From positions 94,304,001-94,368,000 of the forward strand of contig CM052816.1 in the NCBI GenBank assembly GCA_028534125.1: a stretch of DNA of 64,000 nucleotides, written 5' to 3'. Both the position numbers and the translations under genes were made by a program. Shown here in pieces: positions 13,421 through 26,404 of the stretch (its first letter is position 1; the number at the start of each line of letters is the position of its first letter). The notes under the pieces are model-generated. The model did not search any database, was not told where the DNA came from, and was given only the letters and a program-made list of their open reading frames with translations. Source of the stretch: Lama glama. Its lineage: Eukaryota.

Positions 13421-13965
13421 TTGATTCACTTTTTCGTTTTTAACAGAATTCTAAACAATGGCCAGCTTTTTGCATAATCACTACTGTGGTGGAAAGATTT
13501 TTTTAATCTACTATTTGACAGTGTAACCCGCAAGTAATTCATTAAGGGGTGTGTCTGTGTATACATTGCCACATACATATACACTATTCATTAAAATTTT
13601 CAGAATCTATTTCCAGATTGTTTATTTCTAATCACCCTTTCAAAGCACAGCGACTTTGCCATCTGCACAGCAAGAGGCAAACATTTGATAAATAGTTCTT
13701 TGAAATGTGGAAAATGTCACTGTACTTGTGTTTTCTTCAGGCTGATGACATATGGCATATTTCTAATTTTTCCACTAGGATTTCTTTCTCAATGACTGAC
13801 ATATACTTGATTTTAAAACACAGCAAAATTCTTCTGGTAGAAATGATAAACACTTTTTATATAGCCTATTCCTGGTTTGAATTTTTAGTTTTTAATGTTT
13901 GATTAAGCATGTTCACCAGTTTGCTCTTGCATTTTGTTAAGTTAGCCTTATTTAAGCATTGGCTT

Positions 13966-14106
13966 TTTAAAAAAATTTTTTTTGGTGGGGAATAGTAATT
14001 AGGTTATTTATTTATTTACCTTTTAATGGAGGTACGTACTGGGTATTGAAACCAGGACCTTGTGCATGATAGGCACACGCTCTACCACTGAGCTATACCC
14101 TCCCCC
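13966..14106 (-). mobile_element. tRNA-derived camelid SINE (Vic-1-like)
   Basis: Reverse complement reads GGGGAGGGTATAGCTCAGTGGTAGAGCG...GGTTTCAATACCCAG, with Pol III A/B-like boxes and an A-rich tail. Confidence 0.9.
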
Positions 14107-14142
14107 ATGCTCCTGCATTTTGAATTACACATCTCTCTGTTG

Positions 14143-14260
14143 GCCATTCATTCATTCTTTCAACAAATCATGGTGGTTTATGGCCATACTGTGCTACACT
14201 GTATTTTAGGTACTAAGGGTGAATCAGTGTATAAAATCAAAACCTCTTTTTTCAAAGGGC
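14143..14260 (-). mobile_element. L2 3' end
   Basis: cattcattcattctttcaacaaat. Confidence 0.65.
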
Positions 14261-14471
14261 TTTTTTTTTAAGATGCTCTGATTGCATTTAGTTTTTCTGT
14301 TTATGCTTTTGTAGATGAGGTGCAATTTTAAGGGATCTAAACATTAAACATAGTGATAAACACCCCCTTGAAAATCTTTTTTTCTTAGCTTTTATATACT
14401 ATTGATTTTACTCAGATTTAAACTTTCCACTTTTGTTTATAAATATCAAGTCATAGTTTGTCTTACTTACC

Positions 14472-15170
14472 ATATTAGTTTTCTAGCGCTGTTGTAAGAA
14501 ACTACTGCACACCAGGTAGCTTAAATAATAGAAATTTATTATCCCGGACTTTTGGAAGCAGAAGTCCATGATCGAGGGTATCCTGCTCAGGGCTTCACGG
14601 GAGAATCTGTCCTGCATCTCTCCTATTTACCGGTGGTTCCTGGCAACCTTGGCATTCCTTGGCTTCTACTGTGTCACCCCAATCTCTGTCTTCATCTTCA
14701 CTTGGTGTTCTCCCTGTGTGCTTGCCACCTCTTCAAATGGTGCTCCTTTGCAAAGGACACCAGTCACATTGGATTAGAGGCTCACCCTACTCCAGGGTGA
14801 TCTCATCTTGATTAATTACATCCTGCAACAACTGTACTTTCAAATAAGGTCACCTTTTGAGGCACTAAGGGTTAGGACTCAACAAGTGGATTTCATTTGA
14901 GATTTACAGATGTTAGCCACTATATATAAAAATAGATTAAAAAAACAAGTTTCTGCTGTATAGCACTGGGAACTGTGGTCAATATCTTGTAATAACATTT
15001 AATGAAAAAAACATATGAGGAGAAATATGTGTATGCATGTGCATGACTGAGACGTTGTGCTGTACACAAGAAATTGACACATTGTAACTGATGGTACTTC
15101 AATAAAAAACACACAGAAAAAACAAACAAAAAGAAGTGATTTTCTGGGGAGACAATTCAATCTCTAACAG
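14472..15170 (-). mobile_element. MLT1C-like solo LTR interrupted by a young L1 3' tip
   Basis: attagttttctagcgctgttgtaag...aaggacaccagtcacattggattag...caaataaggtcac; the LTR end resumes at ~15135 (ctggggagacaattcaatctctaaca). Confidence 0.85.
14895..15132 (+). mobile_element. Young camelid L1 3' tip nested in MLT1C
   Basis: gagatttacagatgttagccactatatataaaaatag...gcatgactgagacgttgtgctgtacac...A-rich tail; degenerate TSD aacaagtggatttc/aagaagtgattttc. Confidence 0.9.
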
Positions 15171-17499
15171 GTACTATATAGTGGATGAGATTGATTTATT
15201 CACTGAACACATGTTTTTTATGTTCTTACTAAATGGTGGCACTGTGCTAGGGAAAAGTAGTTCAGAATTATTAAGCAAAAATTAACATGTTAAGGTCCTG
15301 ATTTTGTGAAACCGACGAATCAGTCGTGCTCATGGTATCCCTGGCTATTCCACGCCCTTAAAGTTAAGAACAACAACAACAAAAAAGCTGCTTTCTACTT
15401 TGGAACTAGCTGTGGCTCCCTGGTTAGTCCTTGGTCATCAAGCCACTGGACAGTCAGGTCCTGTGCTGTGTCCCATTACGTGACCCTGTTCTGGCCACAC
15501 TTCAGCCCCTGTATGTGAGGACAGTGGCACCCAGGCAGTTACAGGATAACTCCCTGACCTTCACCTTCCCGCTTTACTTAGAGCGAGTCTGCGACGTGCA
15601 GATTCATCTTAGTCACTTCCCACGAAGCTTGATAAAGACACTAACAAGACTTACACCATTCATGAGGTTTAGTAGTAAAAGAGTGGTCTTCCAGCTGAAT
15701 ATAGTGATTACAAGGACTCAGGTATTGAGATTTTTGAAGAACCATCAGTGCATCAAAAAGCTGGCGACAGGATAAACATGGCATCTCTAAAATTAGAGTG
15801 GAGGTTACAGTAAACAACAGGTGCTCCATGAATCCAGCAGCTCGGCAATTAAGAACAGAGTGACATAGACGTTCTGGGCTACGCTGCTTTACGCTGCTAA
15901 CAGCTTTCTCCATTTGCAGAATCTGTGGAATAATCATAGCTAGGAGATTGCTTTCATTTTAACGGGAATCTGCGAACACATGTCCTAATTTGCTTCAGGA
16001 GTTGCAACATTAGACTTCAGAATCTGGCAAGGAATGTTTTTGTGTCTCTTTGTGTGTGTGTATTTTAGTCTATCTATCCCTTACTTAGGAGTGTTCATAA
16101 TGCATTCGAGAGAGTTGGCTTTATAAATTTTAAAAAGTCTTTGGGGAGCTATTATACATCCTTCTTTGAAATATGTATTAAATTGTTTCTGTAAGGTTAT
16201 TCATTCTTAAAGATCACATAAGCTTTATTTGGGTAAATATGGGTTTTCTGGGGTTACAAAGGAAGCCCTGTTTTCCTTCCATTACACAGAAATATGGACT
16301 GTGGAGAGTGGAGCTGGGAGAAACGGTAGGGCAGCCGCCAACGCTGTCATCAAGCGCCAAGCGAATGAAACTCTCATAATTTCACCACGATAAGAACTAG
16401 GACTCATACCAAATTCCCTTGAATCTAAATCCGAATCAGACAGCAGTGTTTGAACTACTTTGGGCTACTGATAATTGATAATTCAAAAATAGATCCAACT
16501 AATCCTCAGCTTCTCTGGACCAGATCAAATAATATACTTTATATTCTCTTTAAAAGCATGGTCTGTTAAAACTAAACATGTGGCCCTTGAAAACATTTAC
16601 TTCTTGAGATTTCATTGATCCAGACAGGATCAGAGTCAGTCTCGTGGGACCAGAAATAGTCACTTAGCATTTTGAATAGGCAGCTAGAAGATGAATTACT
16701 TAAATCTGAAATATGAGCCAGAATTGTGTAGCTTTGTCTTGGGCTCAAGCTAAGAGAGTTCTTTCTTTATTTTTTTGGCATTATCTTGAGCATCATAGCA
16801 GTGAGGCGGATACTTCTTGCTAAGCTCTGTTGTCAGTCTTCATTACGTATTGTTGATCAGGTTTATGGAAACAGGGAGGCTGTATTCCTTTATTTATTTT
16901 CTCCTCCTGCAGTAGTGATGCAGGCTGGCTGGGACGCTTGACAGTCTCAGCACAACAATATTTGTTCTAATAGATGAAGTGTAATTTATCCACCAAGACA
17001 TTTAGTGAGGGTCTGTGGCATCTTCAGGAAAATGTCTGCCTGTAAGCGTGGATGTCAGTTCCTCTAATGATGCTCCAGCCTGCCTCTCTCTCCAGTGGTC
17101 CTTCTCTAAGGAGAAAATAAAACGAGTTTCTGTAAATCTTCTCTGGAGGAAAAGAGAGTGTGTATTAGCAATTGCTCAGGAGGCAGTGTTTGTTGATGGG
17201 TAGGTAGGTTTCCTTGTTTCTTTTTCATTGCTGTCTTTTCAGATTATTTTGTAAGACAAGAAATGCAAGCTTTTGCTGACTCTCAGATTCAGTAATCAGT
17301 CTCTGGGAGTGATGACATTACCTCCCGGGCATTTTTGGAAAATAAGGGAAGGCTCTTTACCTGCTCCGGATCATATCACAACATGAAGTCCTGGTTCTAA
17401 TCCTTGGTTCAGACTGAGCCAGGTTAACCTTTCTTACGTACAGTGGTGCTCCACGTGTTTGAGAAGAACTCCCACGCCTGCTCCTGGTTGTCTGTAAAG

Positions 17500-17820
17500 C
17501 AGCACTGTCCAGCCGAAACCAAATGGGAACCACACAGGGAACTTAAAATTCTCTAGGAAGCCATGTTGGAAAATGCAAACAGAAAGAGCTGAAATTAATT
17601 TTAGTGATACATTTGCATTAACCCAACACATCCAACATATTGTTTTAACATATTCAATATAGAAATCATTACAGAGATATTTCACATTCTTTTCTCACCA
17701 AGTCTGTGTAGTTAGGTTGTATTTTATGCTTACAGAACATCTTAATTTGGACTAGCTTCATTTTAAGTGCTAAATATTTGCATGTCATTAGCTAGTGGAT
17801 ACAGTGTATTGGAGAGCACA
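17500..17820 (+). mobile_element. MER33 hAT DNA transposon
   Basis: cagcactgtcc start; gaaattaattttagtgatacattt; ttggactagc; ends ctagtggatacagtgtattggagagcac. Confidence 0.85.
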
Positions 17821-18006
17821 TTCAGAACTGAATATCCCCGGTGCCTTTGAATAATCCTGGTAGTTATAGAGGTTTGAGCTTGTCCTCTGTCATGGTCTAA
17901 CTGATTTATAGCTCATTGATATGTGGTTACAGATGCTTTTATATTGCAGGTGTGTTTTCTTGAGGCTAGACTGGAGTTGCACCTTGTCTGACCTGGTTAA
18001 GAGCCT

Positions 18007-18178
18007 GGGGTGGTGCCTCCCAAAGTTGGATGTGCATACAAAATCACCTGGGGATCTTTCCAATCTGCGAAGTCTGATTATGCATGTCTGGAGCGGATCC
18101 CAAGATTCTGCATTTCTAATTAGCCCCCAGGTAATAGTGACAATGCTGGTCCAGAGACCACACTTTAGGTAGCAAGAG
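18007..18178 (-). mobile_element. MER5A-type hAT element
   Basis: aatcacctgggga...tctgcatttctaa...gctggtccagagaccacacttt. Confidence 0.85.
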
Positions 18179-18664
18179 CCTAGGGCATCTGTTTGCAGGA
18201 ATCTCTTATTATAGGTCATTCCAGCTTATACTTACTACTGCTACAACCCCTAAGGAGATGTTGTTCATATATGTTTCTACCTCGCTTTTCCATGCCGCTC
18301 TTGTTCCTGTGGTCTTCTAATCCTTCGTGTGGAGGTTTGCATTTGTTCCTGGTACAGCTTACAGGAGTCAGCCTGTCCAACTGGACTGAAGAGGTCATCA
18401 TGGATCCAAGCTCTTCAGTATATTCACAGTTGCCTCCTCCCTTTGTGTAAGCCCTACTCCCGATACCGTGTACTCAGTATCATCTTTCATATCATGAAAA
18501 AAGTCAGGATTTCTGCATTGAAATTGATTTCATTAATTAGTATTTTTCAGGTTATAAGAATTTGGGCAGTAAATACTTGAACAAATTAGATACCTGGTGA
18601 ACCAGATAGACAGTGTGGAATCCTGAAAATTCTTTGCTAATTTTCAGAGATACTGTGCTTGTTG

Positions 18665-19570
18665 GGTCTCTTCAATAAATGATGTCGGGAAGCTAGACAG
18701 CCACATGCAAAAGAATGAAACTGGACCACCATCTTACATCATGCACAGAACTTAACTAATTTGATTAAAGACTTGAATGCAAGACCTGAAACCATAAACT
18801 TCCTAGAAGAAAACTTTGGCAGTAAGCTCCTTGACATCGGTGTTGGTGAGAATTTTTTGGATCTGACTCCAAAAGCAAAGGCAACAAAGCAAGAAATAAA
18901 CAGGTGGGACTACATGAAGCTAAAAAGCTTTGCAAAGGAGAGGAAATCACTAAGAAAAATAAAAAGGCAGCCTATGGACTGGGGGAAAATATTTGCAAAT
19001 TGTATATTCAATAAGGGGTTAATATCTAAAATATATAAAGAACTCATACTACTCAATTGCAAAAAAAAAAAAAGAACTATCTGATTATAGAATGGGCAGA
19101 AGATCTTAATAGATATTTTCCAGAGAAGACATAAAGATGGCCAATAGGCACATGAAAAGATGCTCAACGTCACTAATTATCAGGAAATGCAAATCAGAAC
19201 CTCAATGAGATATCAGCTCACACCTGTTAGAATGGGCACCACCAAAAAGACAAGAGATAAATGCTGGTGTGGATATGCAGAAAAGGGAACCCTTGTGCAC
19301 TGTTGGTGGGATGGTAAATTGGTGCACCCACCATGGAAAACAGTATGGAGTTTCTTCAAAAAATTAAAAATAGAACTATCATATAATTCACCAATTTCAT
19401 CTCTGGGTATTTATTTGAAGAGAATAAAAACACTAATTCAAAAAGATATCTGTACTCCCATGTTCATTGCAGCATTATTTACAGTTGCCAAGATATAGAA
19501 GCAGCCTAAGTGTCCATCAGTGGATGAATGGATAAAGAAAAATGTGGGATATATATATATATATATATGA
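18665..19570 (+). mobile_element. L1 ORF2 C-terminal region (degenerate), ending in (AT)n
   Basis: ORFs 18761-19084 (IKDLNARPETINFLEEN...WDYMKLKSF) and 19160-19498 ([16 protein letters not shown]...CTPMFIAALFTVAK) are L1 ORF2p C-terminal sequences. Confidence 0.95.
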
Positions 19571-19729
19571 CATATATAACCTTGCCTCTAGGCAGGAAAG
19601 GTTCGTAAGGAAATGCAGTTTGGCGGTAGATTGATGAAGTTGGTTCCATTGGAATCAGAGGGTCTTTAGATAAATTCATAGAGCAAGCTCTTCATTGTAA
19701 GGCTTTCTTTTGAATGAAAGGTCTCAGAG

Positions 19730-19822
19730 TCATAGAACTTCAGAGCTTGAAAGTCCATTAAGTGCCATTCTAGTCTAATCCCTAATTTTACAGATCAGGA
19801 AGCTTGGACATAAAAAGATTAT
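19730..19822 (-). mobile_element. MIR fragment (appears to continue at ~20060-20095)
   Basis: tcatagaacttcagagcttgaaag...tctagtctaatccctaattttacagatcaggaagc. Confidence 0.6.
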
Positions 19823-20059
19823 GCGTGTATATACAATGAAGTACTACTCAGCCATAAAAAAGAATAAAATAATGTCATTTGCAGCAACATGGATGGGCCT
19901 AGAGATCATCATTCTAAGTGAAATAAGCCAGAAAGAGAAAGAAAAATACCAGATGATATGATTTACATGTGGAATCTTAAAAAAAAAAGACACAAATGAA
20001 CTTATTTACAAAACAGAGACAGACTCACAGACATAGAAAACAGACTTGTGGTTACCAGG
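19823..20059 (+). mobile_element. L1 ORF2-end/3' UTR segment with no poly(A)
   Basis: tactactcagccataaaaaagaataaaataatgtcatttgcagcaacatggatg...cagactcacagacatagaaaacagacttgtggttaccagg. Confidence 0.9.
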
Positions 20060-20149
20060 TTATGTGGTTTGTCCAGGAAAAGCTGGCCAGTTTCTAGACA
20101 AGCTATGATCTATAATGTCCCCTCTGCTGAAATGTCCACATCCCAGAGA

Positions 20150-20350
20150 GGCTATCCCAGCCAGGGTCACTCTGTATGCCTTGCCCTGCTTCATGTTTGT
20201 TTCTTACCTCCACGTCTTTGCCGTGCTGTTTCTTTTTTGTCTGCCTTACCTTCTAGAGTGGAAACTTCAGGGGAATAGCCATTTGTTGTTTTACCTGTTT
20301 TATTCTGATGCCCGGCACAGAGTGTGTGGTGAGTAAAGATTTCTACTGAC
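20150..20350 (+). mobile_element. L2 3' fragment
   Basis: ctagagtggaaacttcagggg...tgcccggcacagagtg. Confidence 0.55.
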
Positions 20351-21821
20351 TTAATCAATTTAAGGCTTAAATTCAGTGATCATGTTCCAAGTTTAATTAA
20401 TCCTTTAGCTGCAGTGACTTAGGGCTCCTGGGGACCCAGTGTCTCATTTGTTTTTTGTTGTTGTTTATTTTGTCTGGGGTTAATCGATTGCTGATCTGGG
20501 AGTTAGAGGTCCTGTAAGGCTGATGGTAGTCGTTCTGTAAGAGACTAGCATACAAAAAAAAGGGATTTCTAAAATGGGCTGGCAAGAAAAGAGAGGGTGA
20601 GGATTGCCTGTTGGAAGGTCACTTTGCTTCCACTTTCATTACTGTTCTTTGTGAAGAGCTGAAGGGATTCCTTGAGCATTTGCAGAAAATTGGCTGATTT
20701 GTACCATAGATTTCTCAGATCTAAAACTGAGAGGATATCATAGGCCTGTTTGTGGTGAGAATTCAATGAAATAACGTATTTCGGCCACTCAAGGTGATGT
20801 TTAAAATAAAATTTGTTTCATTAGTACCATTATCACGAAAATATCTTAATTTAAATAATTTGTGTCATCGATTTCTCTGTTACATTGAAACATAATTTTT
20901 AAACTTTGTCAATAACTGCTTTTTAGAATAAGTCTGTACATGAAAAAGTGGAGTTTCTCAGTCACTTTCATCCATAGTACATGAACAAATAGATTTGGGG
21001 TGTTCACGGTTTTAAAGTTGAAAACCTTAGTGACCAACATTACCTCCTAGTAATTACAGCTATGATTTCCCCTTGAACCTACTTCTCATTGAAAATAAAC
21101 CTCAGAATGGTAACTCTAGAGACTTTTTATCCTGAACAGTGGGGATTCCTATTCACCCATACTCATGATCTTAAATAACACAAAATAACCCAGAATTATT
21201 TGGGGTGGGGGCTCAGTTTGCTGCATTTGAATCCGATTGTGCAGGTTTTAAAAGTTGCGTCTACATCGTGGAGAGTGGCCATTGCCCACTTCATGTTTAT
21301 TTCATTGAAACATATAAAGCGTGTGGAGCATTTTTATTGTTTTGAATATTCATGTCACTGGGCCTCACATTTCTCTGGATGCCATAGATAAGAAATAAAA
21401 TCTTCCCCTAACCTGAGATGATTAATTCTGAGGGGCACAGATCCCCTCATAGTACATTTTGAAAATGATCTTCAACACATGGTAGTAAACAATGAATATT
21501 TCATAAAGAAACATTATTTATGGTATTTTAAGCAACTTTGTCGAGAGATTTTGTATTGATCCAGTTTGTATTTAGGAAGGGCATGCTTGTTGGTCTGTGA
21601 ATTTTTTTTAGGTCGTTTAGAGTTCTGTTTGGCTCAGAATACTTACGTGAAGTTACGATTTTTTTCCCTACTAGTCAAAAATATTGCAGTAACTTTTATA
21701 ATGTTTTTAAGAATAAAAAGTATCAGATTTTTCCATGATTAATTTTCTCAGTAGGGATTATTTAAAATGGAAGGCTTGACTCTAGTATTCAGAGAATAAT
21801 GGCTTATATTTAAAATACCTC

Positions 21822-22380
21822 TCTGTGGCAGTTTTAAAACATATCCATAAATTTAATTATCTTCCCCTTGAATATAGACTGGATTTAGTGATTCGATTCT
21901 AATAACTACGATGCGGAGGGCTCAGGACTACCTCCCCTGGTCATAAAGAGCTGAGTAATTTCCACAGACTCTGTCTCCATCTCTGTCCCTGTCTGTGCCT
22001 CTGTCTCTTTCTTTCTCTTTCTCTCTCTGGAGACACTCACCTTCGGAGCCCTGAGCCTGAATGTAAAAAATGTGACAACCAGAAGGCAGCATCCTGGAAA
22101 TAGAGACCACAAGGGATGCCCAAGGGGCCCAGATGTCCCAGCCCCAGCTGTTTGTGTCTTTCCATCCCAGGCATCTGGTCTGTGAGATGCCTCCAGCCGT
22201 TAACTCACTCACGTTCTGACTGCAGCCACACGCAGGACCCCAGTGAACCCCACTTAGCTGACACCAAGTAACCTTTGGAGCCGTCCACGATAGATGGCAA
22301 TACTTTTTAAAGTTGTCATTGTTCTATACCACCGAGCCTGAGGTAGTTGGTTATGCATAAATTGGTGACTCTGGAACACT
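21822..22380 (+). mobile_element. Old MaLR LTR (MLT1F/G-like)
   Basis: tgtggcagttttaaaacatatcc...tccccttgaatatagactggatttagtga...gtagttggttatgca. Confidence 0.7.
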
Positions 22381-24506
22381 ATTTTCTGGAAGGGTCTCAT
22401 GACAAACCTGAGTTTGTTGACCCCCAAGTCAAAAAATTCAGAATGAAATCCACACCCCGCCCTTTCATGGCTCCTGACAGAACAACTCAACTCTTGAAAG
22501 GGAAGACTTCAGCTTTCTTGATAATTGGATATTGGAACACCATATCAATTTCCCTTTTATACTTTTATATTTAAATGTCCTAGACGGAACTAAATTAGTC
22601 ATTTCAATATCGCATCGTTCTGCCATCTTTATTTCCGTCATAGTATTTGAATTGTTTGGTTACAGATTCTCTCTTAACTTCCAGTTAGTGGAGGACTTTC
22701 TTTAAATGTTGATTGTGAGTTGCACCATTGTGTTAGGGGCTAATGTGACAGGAAAGATGCTGACGGACATTTTTAAGATGTGGATTTTGAAACCTCCAAT
22801 GTGAAAGACATTAAAATGTGAAAAAAGTGTATCTCATAAGTGGATGCAAGGTATTTAATATTGATACTCTCATATTCTAGCAAAGAATATTAAAAACTAA
22901 AACATACATTTCAAGATAGGCTTCGCGGAGTATTGCTTGAGTTGGATGAGTCTGTTTTCACGGGCCTGGCTTTCATTCTAAAACGGAGAATGTAGGCAGT
23001 CAGGTACTCAGAACGGAGCCTGTTCTGGGGCAGCTGAGTCACATTGCCCTGAATCCACAGCAGTCTGTTTCAGACTTCCATGTGGAGTAGAATCCTGACT
23101 GAGAGGGCTAATGAACTTCAAGAAGGCTGACCTCCGCTTAAGGAGAGGCTTCGGCTTTTGTATTTTTTCATCTCCACCCGACTCTGACGCACCCTGAAGT
23201 TTGAGAACCGTTACCTGGAATACACGTATATTCACATCTGGCACAGAAAATGCAAAATAAATGTGCCTGATGATTTTGAGATCCTTAAAGGGCAGCGAGG
23301 GAAATCTAAACATGCAGGGCTGGAAGGGAAGGAACCCCAAGAAGCACAAGGGAACCCCAGGAATCGTCACGTTTGGTGGAAGCGAAGGGAGTGATTTGTG
23401 GAGAGCCTGGAACCTCCTTTCTGGGCAGAGGGAAGTCCGAGATGTGAGGCTCGGTCTGGGATGCCGGGGAGGGCAGGTATCTCAGGAGGGAATGTGAGGG
23501 TAAAAAGGAAAGAAAGCACGAAGAACACAAGTGGGGTTTTCGGAACAGAAGCTGTGTGTAAACACGTCCCAGCACGGTGAGGACCGGAGCCCGGAGAACC
23601 CAGGGCAGGCGCCTGGTCTGTGCAGAAGGCAGTGCCAGCTGGTCATAGGCTGTCGGCTGCGGTCACGGGGCAGCGTGGAGGGCCTGCAAGTATTAATCAG
23701 AGCAAAAGTGTGTGCATTTGGCTCTTTCCAGTATTGGTTTGTTTCCAGAATACCACCCCAAGTTTCAGTGACCAACCGGTTTGTGCATATTCATGACCAG
23801 ATATTGTGTACATGTTTTTCTCACTCTGGAACATGTTCTCAAGTCTTTGAGCTGAAGAAACAGATTCAGGAGAAAATTAAAAGGCTTTGGGTCAGGACAA
23901 TCAAAAACAAAAACTTCACACTTCTTGTCCAAAGGATCTCTTTGCTCCCCAGAGATACTCCAACTATAGAATAAGCTGAAAAACATGGGCAGGTCCAGTG
24001 CAGTGACTTCAAACCCAGCCGCTGGGGCAGTGGCCTAACTCCCCAGCTATGGATTGTGATTCCAGCTGCCACGTCTTACGGGGACTAGTCCCTCCTGCCC
24101 TCGACTAGTCATCCCTTCCTTATCATGTGCTGGTTAAAACAGGACGTATAGGAAGCACTGCAGAAATTCTAGCAACCGGCTTTGACTTTACATCTACAAA
24201 TACACAAGCTATTCATCATGGGTTTCTATCTTACATATTACGTTAACTTCACTTAATTAAATGGGCCCCTGTTAGACACTCTTGTCAGAACAATTGGTTG
24301 GAAAGGAATTGTCTTAAACAGGTAAATCAATTTATCTTCTGGTGGTGGTGGTATCTTTTTATTATCATCTGTTTCCATTATTAAATGGCCATTTATTAAG
24401 TTTAGAACATACCATGTCTTGAGTAGACTCCTTCAGTATTACAGCTGCTTTGGAGAACATAGTCATGGGTAAGCCGACAGCCTCGTTCAGAGCAGGCACT
24501 CAGTAC

Positions 24507-24649
24507 TCTTCTGTTCTCTTTCTTTTTTTTATTTTTATTTTTTATTTTTTAAAACTTTTTTAACATTGTTTATTGATTTATGATCATTTTACAATGTTGT
24601 GTCAAATTCCAGTGTAGAGCACCATTTTTCAGTTCTTCTGTTCTCTTTC
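24507..24649 (-). mobile_element. Very young, heavily 5'-truncated L1 tip with a perfect 16-bp TSD
   Basis: TSD tcttctgttctctttc at 24507-24522 and 24634-24649; poly(T) followed by ttattgatttatgatcattttacaatgttgtgtcaaattccagtgtagagcac. Confidence 0.92.
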
Positions 24650-26177
24650 CTTCCTCATCCACTCACTTAAGTTTTGTCGTCCTGTTTCCTACGAGGCATC
24701 TTACTGTCAAAGGAGGCAAGTTGAGAGGCCTGTGAAATGAGATTTGGAAGTCTTGCTACTTGTGTTTGTAGTTCTGGCTTCTCTGGCGTGGGAGTCAGAA
24801 TTTGTTACTGTATCTGTGATGCAATGAAAGGCCACTCGTCATGGCATCCGACCCAGGGCCTTGCAGGGTACCGGTGTTCTGTGTTCCAGTTTACCTGAGT
24901 GCTCTCAGATCGCCTTTTGTCTCCTGTTCAAAAGTCCACACCATACAAGTGCTTGTTTTGGCTTCTGACGCTATCTGGGGAAGCAAAGTTAGAAGGCAGA
25001 GGGAAGGTCTGCGGCTGCCATTGGTGCGGGTGTTGCAGATGAAGGTGACCATGGGTGGAGCGGGAGAGAGAAGCAGAGGAAGCGATCATGATTCGTCCGT
25101 AAAGCATTTATTTTCAAATGACGAGGTTTACGCAGCACTTCCGCAAGCATTTTGATGGTGCAGGTGCTGAGAGTGTTAGCTCTTTGTCACTGGGTCTGCG
25201 CTTGCATTTTGTGCCCCAAAGTCCCCTTTTTCTTTGATTTTTACCTCTAGCCATTGCCTGGCTGCTACCAGAGCACGCCGCTCCCTCCCTCCCCCAGCGC
25301 CACCTGCCTCGCCCACACAATGTTGAATTTGTCCTGGCGTTGGTCCTTCGGAGCTCTGTCATGTGATTCGTGCTTTTAAAAATTCAAGTATGCTTCAGGA
25401 TATACATATAATAAAACTCAAAGTTTTAGGTTTAAATCCAATGACTTTTGACAGATGTGTACAGTTTTGTAACCACCACCCAGAGAAAAATACGGAACAG
25501 TTCTCTCATTCCACCAAGCCCTGTCTTGCCCCGCTGGGGTCATCCCCTCTTTCTGTCTTCAATGCTTGGCAACCCCGTCTGATTTCTGTCCTTGGAGTTT
25601 AGCCTTTTTCAGGACGTCACATACGAGATTCATGCTGTGTGTAGCCTTTTGGGTCTGGCTTCTTCACTCATCGCCACGTATTTGACTTGTACGATGTTGT
25701 GTCTTACATCAACACTGCAATAAAAAATTACGTAGTATTCTGTATGGCTGTTTGTCTCCATTTGTTTGTCCATTCACCAGTAATGGGCATTTCCACTGTT
25801 TCCAGTTATCAGTTACTATGAATAAAGTTGCTGTAACCATTTGCTGACAGATGTCAGACATAGGTTTTTATTTCTCAGGTAGAATGCCCAGGAGTGGGAC
25901 TGCTGGGTCACATTCTTCCATGTATGTTTTCACTTTTTAAAACCTATCAGATTCACCCCGAATTGCTGTGTGCTTTTCCATTCCCACCACCAGTGCAGAA
26001 GCGTCCGTGTTCCTGCTCAGCACTCTGTGGTTTCAATATATTTCTATTTTGTCCATTTTAGTAGGTGGGTGGTGGGATTTCATTCTGGGTTTACTTTGCA
26101 TTTCCTTAATAGCCACTAATGTTGAGCATTTTAAATGTCCTTTTTTTCCCTCTGTATTGCTTCTGTGGTCAAGTGTA

Positions 26178-26404
26178 AATACTATAGTACCGCAGTCCAT
26201 GGTGGGCTCAATCCGCGGATGCAGAAGAACTGTGGGTGTGGAGGAGCCATCGATATGGAGGGCCCTTTATAAATTGTACCTGTGTGTATGCATGACTGGG
26301 ACAGTGTGCTGTACACCAGAAATCGACAGATTGTAACTGACTGTGCTTCAATTAAAAAAAATTGTATGTGGATTCACCCCTATGTTGTTTGGGGGTCCAC
26401 TTTA
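26178..26404. mobile_element. Tigger-family (TcMar) MITE nested in L1M
   Basis: aatccgcggatgcagaagaactgtgg...gatatggagggcc...tgttgtttgggggtccactt, resembling Tigger/MER2-group ends. Confidence 0.65.
26279..26362 (+). mobile_element. Young camelid L1 3' tip nested in the Tigger MITE
   Basis: gcatgactgggacagtgtgctgtacaccagaaatcgacagattgtaactgactgtgcttcaattaaaaaaa; aaattgta flanks both sides. Confidence 0.88.

Noticed and set aside
13966..14106. tRNA gene
   Set aside because: A tRNA-like head followed by a non-tRNA body and A-tail, with three copies in the window, indicates a SINE.
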